Position numbers and translations under genes: made by a program
Shown here: positions 14,501 to 25,523 of the stretch, one piece after another
Layout: the number at the start of each line of letters is the position of its first letter
Position numbering within the stretch: position 1 is the stretch's first letter
From: Lingula anatina
Lineage: Eukaryota; Animalia; Brachiopoda
DNA: 64,000 nt
Assembly: GCA_051362555.1 (NCBI GenBank)
Contig: CM120640.1
Span: 16,802,001 to 16,866,000 of the forward strand
Direction: 5' to 3'
The notes under the pieces: generated by a model
Told to the model about the DNA's origin: nothing
Database searches by the model: none
What the model saw: the letters and a program-made list of their open reading frames with translations, nothing else

Positions 14501-15175
14501 AGAGGTGCAAGCTTTGAAAAATCAACTACAAGAGAAGGAACGAATAATAGAACATCTAGAAGTGAGTAGAAATTACCTTTAAGCAAAAGTTTATGATATG
14601 GATGATGTACCAATATAACCAGGACACTGCATGATATGGTTATATGATTTTCACTTAAAATAAAACATTTCTGATTTGAATTTGCAGAAAGATCAAGAGC
14701 GTTCTAAGGCTGTCAAAGAGCAAGAAGAAAAGTTGATAGTAACAGCTTGGTATAATTTGGTAAGTGAACTTGGAAATGAGAAAGAAACTGTAAAATACAA
14801 ATCCTCTTCATTGACCAGTAGTAAGTAATACCAGTTTAAGTTTTGCGATTAACTTTATTATACAGAAATAACTCAAAAGTTTGCATTTCTTACCAATATT
14901 TCATTTACGTCATATATCATGGTATATTCACAGAGATATAAGGGTCTAGGTAAAAAAAATCTTTCAAATTTTTTACATGGTATGGCACAGAATGACATAT
15001 AAGATCATGTCCTGTATTGTTCACATTTTTTCAGGGAATGAAGCTCCACAGAAAGGCAGCAGAAGAGAGGTTAACTAATTTTGGCACAGGACAGTCTTTC
15101 CTTGCAAGGCAGAGACAAGCACATTCAAGACGTACCCAATCCCTTGCTTCAACACATCCCAATGCGTCCAGGTGA
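5346..15175 (+). CDS. HOOK3: Protein Hook homolog (HOOK3-like dynein adaptor), about 708 aa, 22 constitutive exons
   Basis: Exons 5346-5384, 5859-5935, 6161-6233, 6460-6510, 6880-6931, 7348-7496, 7848-7907, 8135-8218, 8419-8513, 10777-10856, 11256-11320, 11524-11607, 11750-11792, 12028-12113, 12437-12601, 12885-12957, 13176-13257, 13573-13713, 13917-14226, 14457-14561, 14688-14759 and 15035-15175 give 2127 nt in frame. Hook-domain motifs [13 protein letters not shown] and [24 protein letters not shown]; [13 protein letters not shown]; [13 protein letters not shown]; SFLARQRQA. The paralogue number rests on similarity and RNF170 synteny. Confidence 0.94.
8718..8850. mobile_element. Possible small MITE in HOOK intron 9
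   Basis: Imperfect terminal inverted repeats GGGCTGATTTCA ... TGAAATTTGCCC; no clean TSD. Confidence 0.35.
11466..11510. repeat. (TTTA)n microsatellite
   Basis: About 11 TTTA units just upstream of the 11524 acceptor. Confidence 0.9.
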
Positions 15176-18100
15176 ATGTTATACATTACACAGACAATAC
15201 TGCTGAAGATTAAAATCTTTCATCTGTTGAAAGCCTCCTTTTCTTTTTTATCAGGATACAAAATAACATGTCCAGTTGATATTGTGTCCAAATATGTGAA
15301 GTTAATGATCTCCGACTAAGGCTTAAAACTGTGTCCATCAGGCTTTATATTTTGATTGTTCTCCACTTTGATACCCTCAGTATGTCTTGAAAGCAAGATA
15401 TTTTTCTGATGGTAAACAGAAAATACATGTGTATTGTCTGAAATCTAAAATTTTGTTCGAAGTATTTGACCTATTGATAATGGGATATTTTTTAGGTTGT
15501 AATCTTTGAAGAATTTGGAGTCAACATGGCAGTATGAATAATGAATTCATACTGGTTTACTAGGAAATAATTATAATACTGCATTAAATTATAAATACAT
15601 AATCTGCACACCAGAAAGCACATATTTAGCCCTCATGTGCAGTTAAAATAATTTTAGATTCTACCTATTGAAAAAATAAGGAATGATTGCTGATTGTTGC
15701 ATTAGTTGAAAAAGAAAAAACACCAAGAACTTCCTGGTTGTTACAGCAAGGCGTTATAATTACTAGTTATATATCATGCTACAGTGAGCCATAATATAAG
15801 ATATTTGGATAATTTTTTAACTAGTGCAAGGTGCTGTTGTAATCAGAATATAAGACCTATAGACCATATTGAAATCACTTTATTGGACAGGTCCAACTTT
15901 GTCAAAATGTGTATGTCTGCAGGCATCCCCTCTCGTAAGCAGTTGAAATGAAGCTGTCTGTTTGACTAAATGTTTTTATTTGCTTGATATTTTCAGTGAG
16001 TGTGTGGATTACTGAGCATGGAGCAAATGATGTCTACATTGACAAGGTGCATGATGCATGCAAGAAGAAGAAAACATTTTATTAACTGTCTGAGACCTGT
16101 AAAAGCATGCAGCAAGAACAGTAGATAATGTATTTTATGTCTGTTTTTGTTTTATTAATTGCATTTAAATGTGAAGATCTCACTCTTAGCATGGAACTTG
16201 CATGTGCAAGTTTTTTTTTGTTTGTAATTATATGATTCATTTGTCCTCATGTGTTTTATTAATTTTTGATTCCTGCAAATTTGTTCATAACTTTTTTTCT
16301 TACATGAGTAATTTACTTTCCTTTCTTTTATTTTAAATATCAGATGTAGATTGTCCATCTGTATTCATTTCACCCAACATTTTATTTTCCAATTTGCAGC
16401 TGCGTCTATGATCTTTTTAAACAATTGTAAGAAATGCATTGTAATAAGTAGTCATTATGTAGAACTTGGGCTACACTGGAAACTTAGGAAAAGCATCTAG
16501 CATTGCTGAAATTTAAATACTCGTCCCACCTTCCACAAATTTCAGGTATCGTTGTTCCGGTCATCAAAAGTTTTTCACATCATAGGAGCATGAAGCTAAA
16601 ATTTTCATCAATATAAAACTAGTTTTGTGACATTAACATTGTATGATTTAAATATTAGCACTTAGATGCCATACATTCTATAAAATGGCAATAGAAATCA
16701 CTCTCAGGAGATTGTAATTAAGTTAGTTTGGGACAGAGGAAGTGGAGAGGAATGGTCCTGTAAGCTCACAAGGATCCCATTTTGAGTGCGAAATTGAAAG
16801 GATTAAGAGAAAAATTTAAAAACAATCAAAATATGTTTCAGCTAGTATTTTGCTCTAATGATTTGTCCTAAATTCTTGAAAAATTATGATCTTATCTTTC
16901 TAGATTTACATATTTTATTTAATTAATTTAAACGTAATTTCTTCAAAACCTGTTGTCAAACACTAGTCGAAAAAACAAAGCAATTCCTCCATGCATCTTT
17001 GTCTTCACTGACATGCTGATTTCCTTTATCAGAATCTCACTTTATGATAAATTATTTTGCTCAGTTTGTCATTATTTCAAATAACTGTAAAATTGATCAG
17101 AAAGGTTGAAATAATAAACCCTTCGTGAAATAAATGAAGTAAATGATTAAACACTTGCAACAGTATAGTAAGTTTGTCAGCTACTCCCAACAATGGCAAG
17201 AACTCCATTGGGAGATAGTAATACTGCAGTAACATTATTGCTATGGCATTGTAATTTTAGGCATCCAAGTTGTCAGATTATTAGTTACTATATGATAGCT
17301 GGAATATTCTGCATTGCATGTGCACAGTCAAAAGTGAATTTCTTCTTTCATGCAAATGTGTAGAAACCACTCACCAAGGAATTCAGAATTCACAGCTCAC
17401 ATTCATGTTATATATTTAGTGATATAGGTATGGTATTTAAGGGCAAATCATGTTTTAATTTGACATGAGGAGGTAAGATTGTCCTGTTACTCCTTGTAAT
17501 TTGTGGGAAATGGAGCACTGTAAAAGTTTGACTCAGTAACTGAAAAGTATTTATGTTACGATCATTGTAATGTGATAATATGATGTAGTATTTATTGTAC
17601 GATTGTTAGGTGATGTACAGACGAGTACAAGTGCAACATTGTGAAAAAACAGGTGCCTGATAGTTTAAAGATGAAACTTCATATTATGCTCATCTATCCT
17701 ATTACATACATATTTGTTAGAGACAGTTTTTAAACTGCCAATATTTTAGCATCGAAAAATAATAATAAAGTTTTACATATACAAAGTCAAGCAAAAACTT
17801 GTGTCATAATAGAGGTAGCCATTATCATTTTTTCAAAATGGTTGCCATCTCAAATGGAAATAGAATGGGTGAAAATGTTTTTTAATTCAAAAATTTAACA
17901 CGTCATGTGGTAAAAATAGTTTATTTACACCAAAATGTACTGAAACTCCTACAAAAGAGTGAAAACAAAAAAAAATTCCAGAAAAGATTCAAAGCCTTTA
18001 TGACTGTATATCCTAGGAAGAAAATATGCACCTTCCAATTTTCAATACTTTCAAATATAAAATGACGCACTAAATTTTCCTTACATTTGTTACTCCAGTA

Positions 18101-18916
18101 CCATTCAATTTCTGCACCTAATACAAAAAGCAGAACCATCTGAGTCCTTTTTAAAGGTAAACAAATTGCAGAGTCTGACAATGTAATTCAAAGTAACACT
18201 GAAGGTGAAAAACAAAATATGTTAATTATGTGCATTTAGCATAGTTAAATCAGTCATGAAGTCCATTAATGGGTCAACAAGCATTTAAAGCTATGGTTCC
18301 CCCTTCTACCTATTTAACACTTCTGTGATTTATACATGCTGGGTGTAACATGAAACTTGCAGCAGAACATTTCCTTTGTCACAAATATATAAATATATAA
18401 GCCATGAGCTTCAGATTTGCTGTGTGACAGCTTCTTCATTTCCAGATATCCATCCAGGTTTATGAAGCTAAAACTACATAACCACCTCTTAATGCTATTA
18501 ATTCACTCTATTCCTATATAAAAGATGTGCTGCATGTCATGATGGGATGATTCTAAGACTGAGCAATATGCAAAAACATAGCACACAAGCATATGCCAAT
18601 TACAGAGTCATACACATACAAATATGTATTGACTATTCTGAATGATATTATAATGACATTAACAATGAAGGTGGGTTACCATCTGACTGAAAATAAAACA
18701 ATTAACAAAACAATTCAGGATCTTCAACAAAACTTATCAAGGCTGCCTCAGGTAAAATCAACTTGAGCTGGAGAAATGCTGAAGCTAAATAATTGAGACC
18801 TGCTGTTTTTTATGTACAGACACAGATGTGTCTGTACATATAGCTATCATCTGCGTCTGTCGTCGCCGTCGTCGCCGTCGCCGTCGTCGCCGTCGCCGTC
18901 GCCGTGCACTTTTACC

Positions 18917-20200
18917 GATAACACGATAAATGGAAAACTGTTTTTTCTTTTGGTATGAAACTTACAGAACTGATGAATATTCATAATACGCAGGTCAAGT
19001 TCGAAAATCAGCATGATCGGGTCACTTTTAGGGAATTTATGCTGTTTTTTCACTTTTTTCAGCATATATGCAGCACTGATAACACGATAAGTGGAAAACC
19101 ATTTTACCTTTTGACTTGAAACTTACAAAACTGATGAATATTCATAATGCGCAGGTCAAGTTCGAAAATCAGCATGATCGGGTCACTTTTAGGGAATTTA
19201 TGCTGTTTTTTCACTTTTTTCAGCATATATGCAGCACCGATAACACGATAAGTGAAAAACCATTTTACCTTTTGGCTTGAAAGTTACAGAACTGATGAAT
19301 ATTCATAATACGCAGGTCAAGTTCGAAAATCAGCATGATCGGGTCATTTTTAGGGAATTTATGCTGTTTTTTCACTTTTTTCAGCATATATGCAACCCCG
19401 ATAACACGATAAGTGGAAAACCATCCTACCTTTTGGCTTGAAACTTACAAAACTGATTAATATTCATAATACACAGGTCAAGTTCGAAAATCAGCATGAT
19501 TGGGTCATTTTTAGGGAATTTATGCTGTTTTTTCACTATTTTTCAGCATATATGCAGCACCGATAACACCATAAGTGGAAAACCAATTTACCTTTTGGCT
19601 TGAAACTTGTAGAACTGATAAATATTCATAATACGCAAGTCAAGTTCGAAAATCAGCATGATTCGATTATTGTTAGGGAATTTATGCTGTTTTTTCACTT
19701 TTTTCAGCATATATGCAGCACTGATAACACAATAAGTGGAAAACTGTTTTTTCATTTGGCTTGAAACTTACAGAACTAATGAATATTCATAATACACAGG
19801 GCAAGTTTGAAAATCAGCAAGATCGGGCAATTTTAATGGAAGTTATCCTGTTTTTTTTTTTTTTTTTTTTTTTTCAATTTTTTCAGCACTTTTATAACAC
19901 CGATAACATGATAAGTGTAAAAATGTTTTTCCTTTCCTTGGATTGAAATTTACAGAACTGGTGAATATTTATTATACGCAGGTCAAGTTTGAAAATTGGC
20001 ATGATTGGACTATTTTTACAAAAGTAATGCTGTTTTTTTCCCTTTATTCAGCATACATGCAACACTGATAACGCATTTTAAGGAAAACCAATCAGCCTTT
20101 TGTCTTGCAACTCACAGGAGTGATCAATCTGACCAGTATACAGATCAAGTTTGAAAATAAGCTTGATCAGTTAAGTTTTGATGAAGTTATTAGCCTTTTT
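18917..20200 (+). repeat. 161-bp satellite-like tandem array inside the HINE, about 8 units decaying toward the 3' end
   Basis: GATAACACGATAAGTGGAAAAC...CAGGTCAAGTTCGAAAATCAGCATGAT... recurs at 18917, 19078, 19239, 19400, 19562, 19723, 19902 and 20067. Confidence 0.95.
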
Positions 20201-22689
20201 GTATATAAGTGGTTTTTCTTCAGATTTAATTCTTAAGCATGTTAACAGTCTCATAACGGTACTAATTGGATATGTTAAAGTGTTGTTTTAACATTTTCTG
20301 CTTCTTAACAATATTGTTAGTTGATTATATAAAAATGACGGTAAACCTATTATCCTGCATTGTGTAATAAAGTATCAAAAATGGAAAGGAACTCATCATT
20401 GCAGTTCGTCAGATTCAATCATTCAGTTTGTTCAGAATCTCCAAATGGAGCTAATTGGACATTATAAATTGTTCTATTGATATTTTTCCTATGTCAACAA
20501 TTTTCCTAGTTGATCATTTAAAAATGACAGTTATGATGGTTTTATGTAAAAAAAGGTGTTGAAAATGGAAAGAAAATCATTTCAGTACAGTTATCTCTTG
20601 TTAACATTTTGGCATTTTGAAAGTGTGACCCTAACTTCCATGTCCTTGGAGACCTTTCCATATCACATTTTCTGAATATCCATGATACTTTTATTTTTTT
20701 ATAAAAAATTTGATGGTCATTATGCTGTTAAGTATTATGTTATATTGCATGAAAGTTAAAGAAAACCCTATTTTGGACACTGCTGCCAGGATAGCGATTA
20801 AGGGAAAACCATGTTACTTATGATAATCAACCTTACTGAAAAGAGTGAAGTGCAGCTTGTGTTGGAAAACCATCGTAATTGTTTTCTGTTTTGAAAGCAA
20901 TGCAGTACAGTGCTATTTGGTGCAATAAATGTATATGGATAGTAGGCAGTTAATTCAGGGTTATAAAATAATTTGCTTAATTGATTTTCAAGTTATTTCA
21001 GGGTTATAAAATAATTTGCTTAATTAATTTTCAAGTGGGTATTAAATGAGATTACATAAACACACATTGAGATTTCATTGTAAAGTCCCATCGGTTTAGC
21101 TTTCTTAACTGTGTCACATAATTAGGAATCGATGATTATTATGCAGGTAAATGTTATTTAATATGGAAAATAAGTTTACAAAAAAAAATTTGTGTAACGC
21201 TTACATTAATGCTAAAGATGAATAACAGTGCCTTATTATTCTCAAACTCAATAGGGTTATTCATATCATGTTAGTAATTGTACAGCTAGATTAAAAGTTT
21301 GAATAGCAGCTTTATTGGTATTTTTTATGTTTTATTTTACATTTTCTTTTAATTTTTTTATGCTGTTTTTTCACTTTTTTCAACATATATGCAACATTAA
21401 TAACACAATATAAGAAAAACAGCTTAGCCAATTGTCATTATACTCACAGGAGTGGTCAATCTTACAAAAATGCAGGTTGAGTTCGAAAATCAGTGTTATC
21501 AGGCCATTATTTTAGAAGTTGTACTGTTTTTTCAAATTTCCTCAGATTCAATTCTTAGGCATGTTAACAGTCTCATTATTGAACTAATAAGATACGTAAA
21601 AGTGTGTGTTTGATATTTCCTGCATCTTTACAACATTGTTAGTTGATTATGTAAAAATGATGGTAAACTTGTTATCATGTATTGTGTAATCAAGTGTCCA
21701 AAACGGAAATAAACTCATATCATTGCAGTTTGTCAGATTCAATCATCCACATCTGCCATGATGACCATGATGGGAAAACCGTGTTCATTATGATTGTCAA
21801 ACTTTCAAAAAAGAAACACAGGACTAAAATGCAGCCCAAGTTGGAAAAGCAGTCTAATGGGCTTCTTTTTCTGGAAGTTATTCATTTTAGTGAAATATTC
21901 ATTATCTTTTTGGCATATTCATTGTGGGACTCGGAGCTCCCATGGACATGAAGCCGGATGGTAATCAAATTTTCTACATGTTCATGCTATTTATAGTCAA
22001 TAATCAAAAATTGGTGATAATTATTCTATAATTTATTATGTAATGTTACATCAAAATTGACAATAATCTTTTTGCACTGCTACTGCAAACATTATGAAAA
22101 GAAAACTGTGTTATTTATTATTATATTTAACTTAAGAGTATGATTTTTAGGATTGGCATGCAGTTCAAATTAGAAAGCCAGGTCAATTGGGTTATCATTT
22201 ATTATTGAATTTAATGCAATTTTGTGTGAAATTTCATTTTTCTCATTCTGGCACTTTCTAAGTATAAACTTGAACTCTGATGGGCCTGAAGCCTTATGCT
22301 TTTACTCTCATCGGTGTTACCTGTTGTGCAAAATTAAAATTTGATGTTGACTGTGCAGTTAAACATAATGTATTATTGCATCAGAAGTTGTAGTCTCCTA
22401 TTTTGTGGATTATTGTTTTGTGCTCTTCTTAAGTTGTGACTTATGGGCCTGAAAGACCTTTGAGAGGGTCAGTCTATAAATTTCCCTTGGGTATCACTTC
22501 GCTAATTTCAGTTATAAAGTAATTTGCCTAATTGATAGGCTACATAAAGCACACTTGTGATTTGAGATTACATAAAGCACACTTGTTGATATTTCCCTGT
22601 AAACTCCCATAGGTTAAGCTCTCTGCTAGATTAATAATAAGGAAGCAGTGATAATTATGCAGGTAAATTTTGTTTAATATTGCAAATAA

Positions 22690-22694
<5 letters not shown>

Positions 22695-22738
<44 letters not shown>
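22695..22738. repeat. (TA)n microsatellite
   Basis: About 22 TA units. Confidence 0.9.
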
Positions 22739-22740
<2 letters not shown>

Positions 22741-22786
22741 AACTGAAAGATTAAAAGTTTGAATAGCAGCTTCATTGGAATTATAT

Positions 22787-22954
22787 TTACCTCTGCCAAG
22801 GAGGTTATATTTTCACCCCTGTTTGTCATCAACATAACTCAAAAAGTTATGGACCGATTTTGCGGAAATTTTCAGGAACTGTCAGAAGTGGGCCAAAGAG
22901 GACAAAAATCAATAATAATCAACAATTGCTACCTTGGCAGAGGTCTGCACTCTC
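22787..22954 (+). mobile_element. Small HINE/MITE-like element nested in the large HINE
   Basis: Perfect 13-bp inverted repeats ACCTCTGCCAAGG (22789-22801) and CCTTGGCAGAGGT (22932-22944). The left copy is followed by AGGT, giving a short 5' fold-back. The element interrupts the host's duplicated sequence. Confidence 0.7.
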
Positions 22955-22959
22955 GTTTC

Positions 22960-23450
22960 ACTTTTTTTCAGCATATATGCAGCACCAATAACACGATAAG
23001 TGGAAAACCGTTTTACCTTTTGGCTTGAAACTTACAGAACTGATGAATATTCATAATACGCAGGTCAAGTTCGAAAATCAGTGTGATTGGGTAATTTTTA
23101 GTAAATTTAGGCTATTTTTTCTCTTTTTTCAGCATATATACAGCACCAATAACACCATAAATGGAAAACCATTTTACCTTTTGGCTTGAAACTTACCGAA
23201 CTGATGAATATTCATAATACGCAGGTCAAGTTTGAAAATCAGCATGATTGGGTCATTTTTACTGAATTTAGGCTATTTTTTCACTTTTTTCAGCATATAT
23301 GCAACACTGATAACACGATAAGTGAAAAACAGATAGGCCAATTGTCATAATACTCTTAGGAGTGGCCAATCTTACTAAAAGGAAGGTTGAGTTGGAAAAT
23401 CAGCATAATCGGTCCATTATTTTAGAAGTTATGCTGTTTTTTCACATTTC
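22960..23450 (+). repeat. Second array of the 161-bp satellite, about 3 units
   Basis: The same monomer recurs near 22987, 23148 and 23308. Confidence 0.9.
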
Positions 23451-25523
23451 CTCACATTCAATTCTTAGGCATGTTAACAGTCTCATTATTTAACTAATAA
23501 GATACGTAAAAGTGTTTGTTTGGCATTTCCTGCATCTTTACAACATTGTTAGTTGATTTTGTAAAAATGATAGTAAACCTGTTATCGTGTATTGTGTAAT
23601 AAAGTGTCAAAAATGGAAAAAAAATATCTTTACAGTTTGTCAGATTCAACCATTCACTATGTTCAGAATTTCAGAATGGAGCAAGTTGGACATTTATAAT
23701 TGTTCTATTGATATTTTTGCTTTGACAACATATTTTTGATTGATCATATAAAAATGACAGTAAATTGATTATTTTGCTTTATGTAAAAAAGGTGTTGAAA
23801 ATGGAAATAAACTCTTTCAATACAGTTTTCTCTTGTTTACATTTTGGGATTTTCAAAGTATGACTCTGAACTCTATAGGCTAGTCACATTTTCTGAATAT
23901 CTATGATACTTTTATTTTATTATAAAAAAAATTATGGTTATTATGCTGTTAAGCATTGTGTAATATTGCATCAAAATTGAACAAAACCCTATTCTGGGCA
24001 CTGCCTCTGTAGTGGCGGTGAAAGGAAAACCATGTCACTCGCTCTTCTCACACTTACAGGAAAGAAACATAGGACTGAAATACAGCTTCAGTTGAAAAAT
24101 TGTCTCATTAGTTAATTGTTTGGAAGTAATACAGGTTTTTTGTGAAAATTTTTATCTTTCACATGTTGCAATTTTCAATGTGGGACTTAGAGCTCCCTTG
24201 GGCATGAAGCCCAGTGGTAATCAAATTTTCTTAATGTCCTTGTTTTTAATAGTAGATATTTTAAAATTGGTGGTATTTAATTAGTTAATCATTATGTAAT
24301 GTTGCATCAAAATTGACAAAAAACCTACTTTGTGCTCTGCCACCATTAATATTATGTAAAGTAAAGTGTTACTTTCTATTTTTTAACTATTCTTACAAAA
24401 ATGATTCTTAGGATTGACATACAGCTCATATTAGAGAACCAGCTCTATTGGATTATTATTTTTATTAAATTTATGAATTTTTTGTGAAATTTTCATTTTT
24501 CTCACTCTGGCACTTTCTAATTGTAAACTTGAACTCTGATGGGCCTGGAGCCTGCTTTTAATTTCATCAGTGTTGCCTGTACGTTGTGCATAATTAAAAT
24601 TTGATTTTGACTGTGCAGTTAAACATAATGTATTATTGCATCAGAATTGGCAGTCTCCTGTTTTATTTTGTACATTATTGTTTTCTGCTTTTCTTAAGGT
24701 GTGACTTATGGGCCTGAAGACCTTTGATAGACAAATTTGTGTGGTCAGTCTGTAAATTCCCCTTGGGTATTCACTAGGCTGTAAACTCATTTGCCTAATT
24801 AAGCGGCCATTAAATGAAATTTCATAAAGCACACTTGTTGATATTTCCCTGTAAACTCCCAAAGGTTAAGCTCTCTGCTAGATAACATACTGTCCATAAT
24901 AAGGAAGCAGTGAATAGCAGCTTCATTGGAATTATATTTTTGTTGTTTTCTTTTTAATTTTTTCTCCAACACTGGCATTTTTAAGATGTGATTTTTAACT
25001 CCCATCCACCTGAGGCTCTGCACATTTTCAGTATTTCCACATAAGCAGTTGTATTGGTATTTATGTCTTTAAACACGCTGTAATATTATTTTATGCACTG
25101 TCATCATTTTTCATATATTGGGACTTTCATCATGTGAATTTTAACTCTCATGGTCCTGAAACTGTAATCTTATTGAAGGGGTGGATTGAAACCATTTTCT
25201 GGGTCTCCTGGAAGACAGTCAGATTTTAAAGTTAATATTTACGGGTTTCTGTTGGAAGACCATCAAAATGGAGGATGGATCAACAAAGATACTTTGGAAT
25301 ACTGTCAGAAAATATCTTTGGATCTGCTCCTGTTATTGACCATGTTACCTGTTGTGCATGATTAAAAATCAGTGTTGACTGACTGTGCTATTATAAGCAT
25401 ATATTATTGCATCAAAATTGACAAAATGACCTATTTTGCATCTTTTTTTTCCCTGTTTTTTGTCTGTACATTTGACAGCTTTGCTGCCTTGTTTTTTATA
25501 TTTGTCCTATGGAGCTAAAGAGA

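Larger units (their letters stand above)
18806..25497 (+). mobile_element. Non-autonomous Helentron-type element (HINE/DINE-1-like), about 6.7 kb
   Basis: 5' end: T-run, 14-bp hairpin TATGTACAGACACA-GA-TGTGTCTGTACATA (18811-18840), then a (GTCGCC)-type microsatellite (about 18855-18905). 3' end: subterminal inverted copy TGTCTGTACAT (25461-25471), short stem-loop GACAGC-TTT-GCTGCC and a T-run (25492-25497). It has internal tandem arrays and no TSD, which is the described HINE/DINE-1 layout. Confidence 0.82.

Noticed and set aside
18917-20200. Regular repeat array that could be mistaken for CRISPR
   Set aside because: The monomers are contiguous 161-bp units with no unique spacers, there are no cas genes, and the context is eukaryotic.
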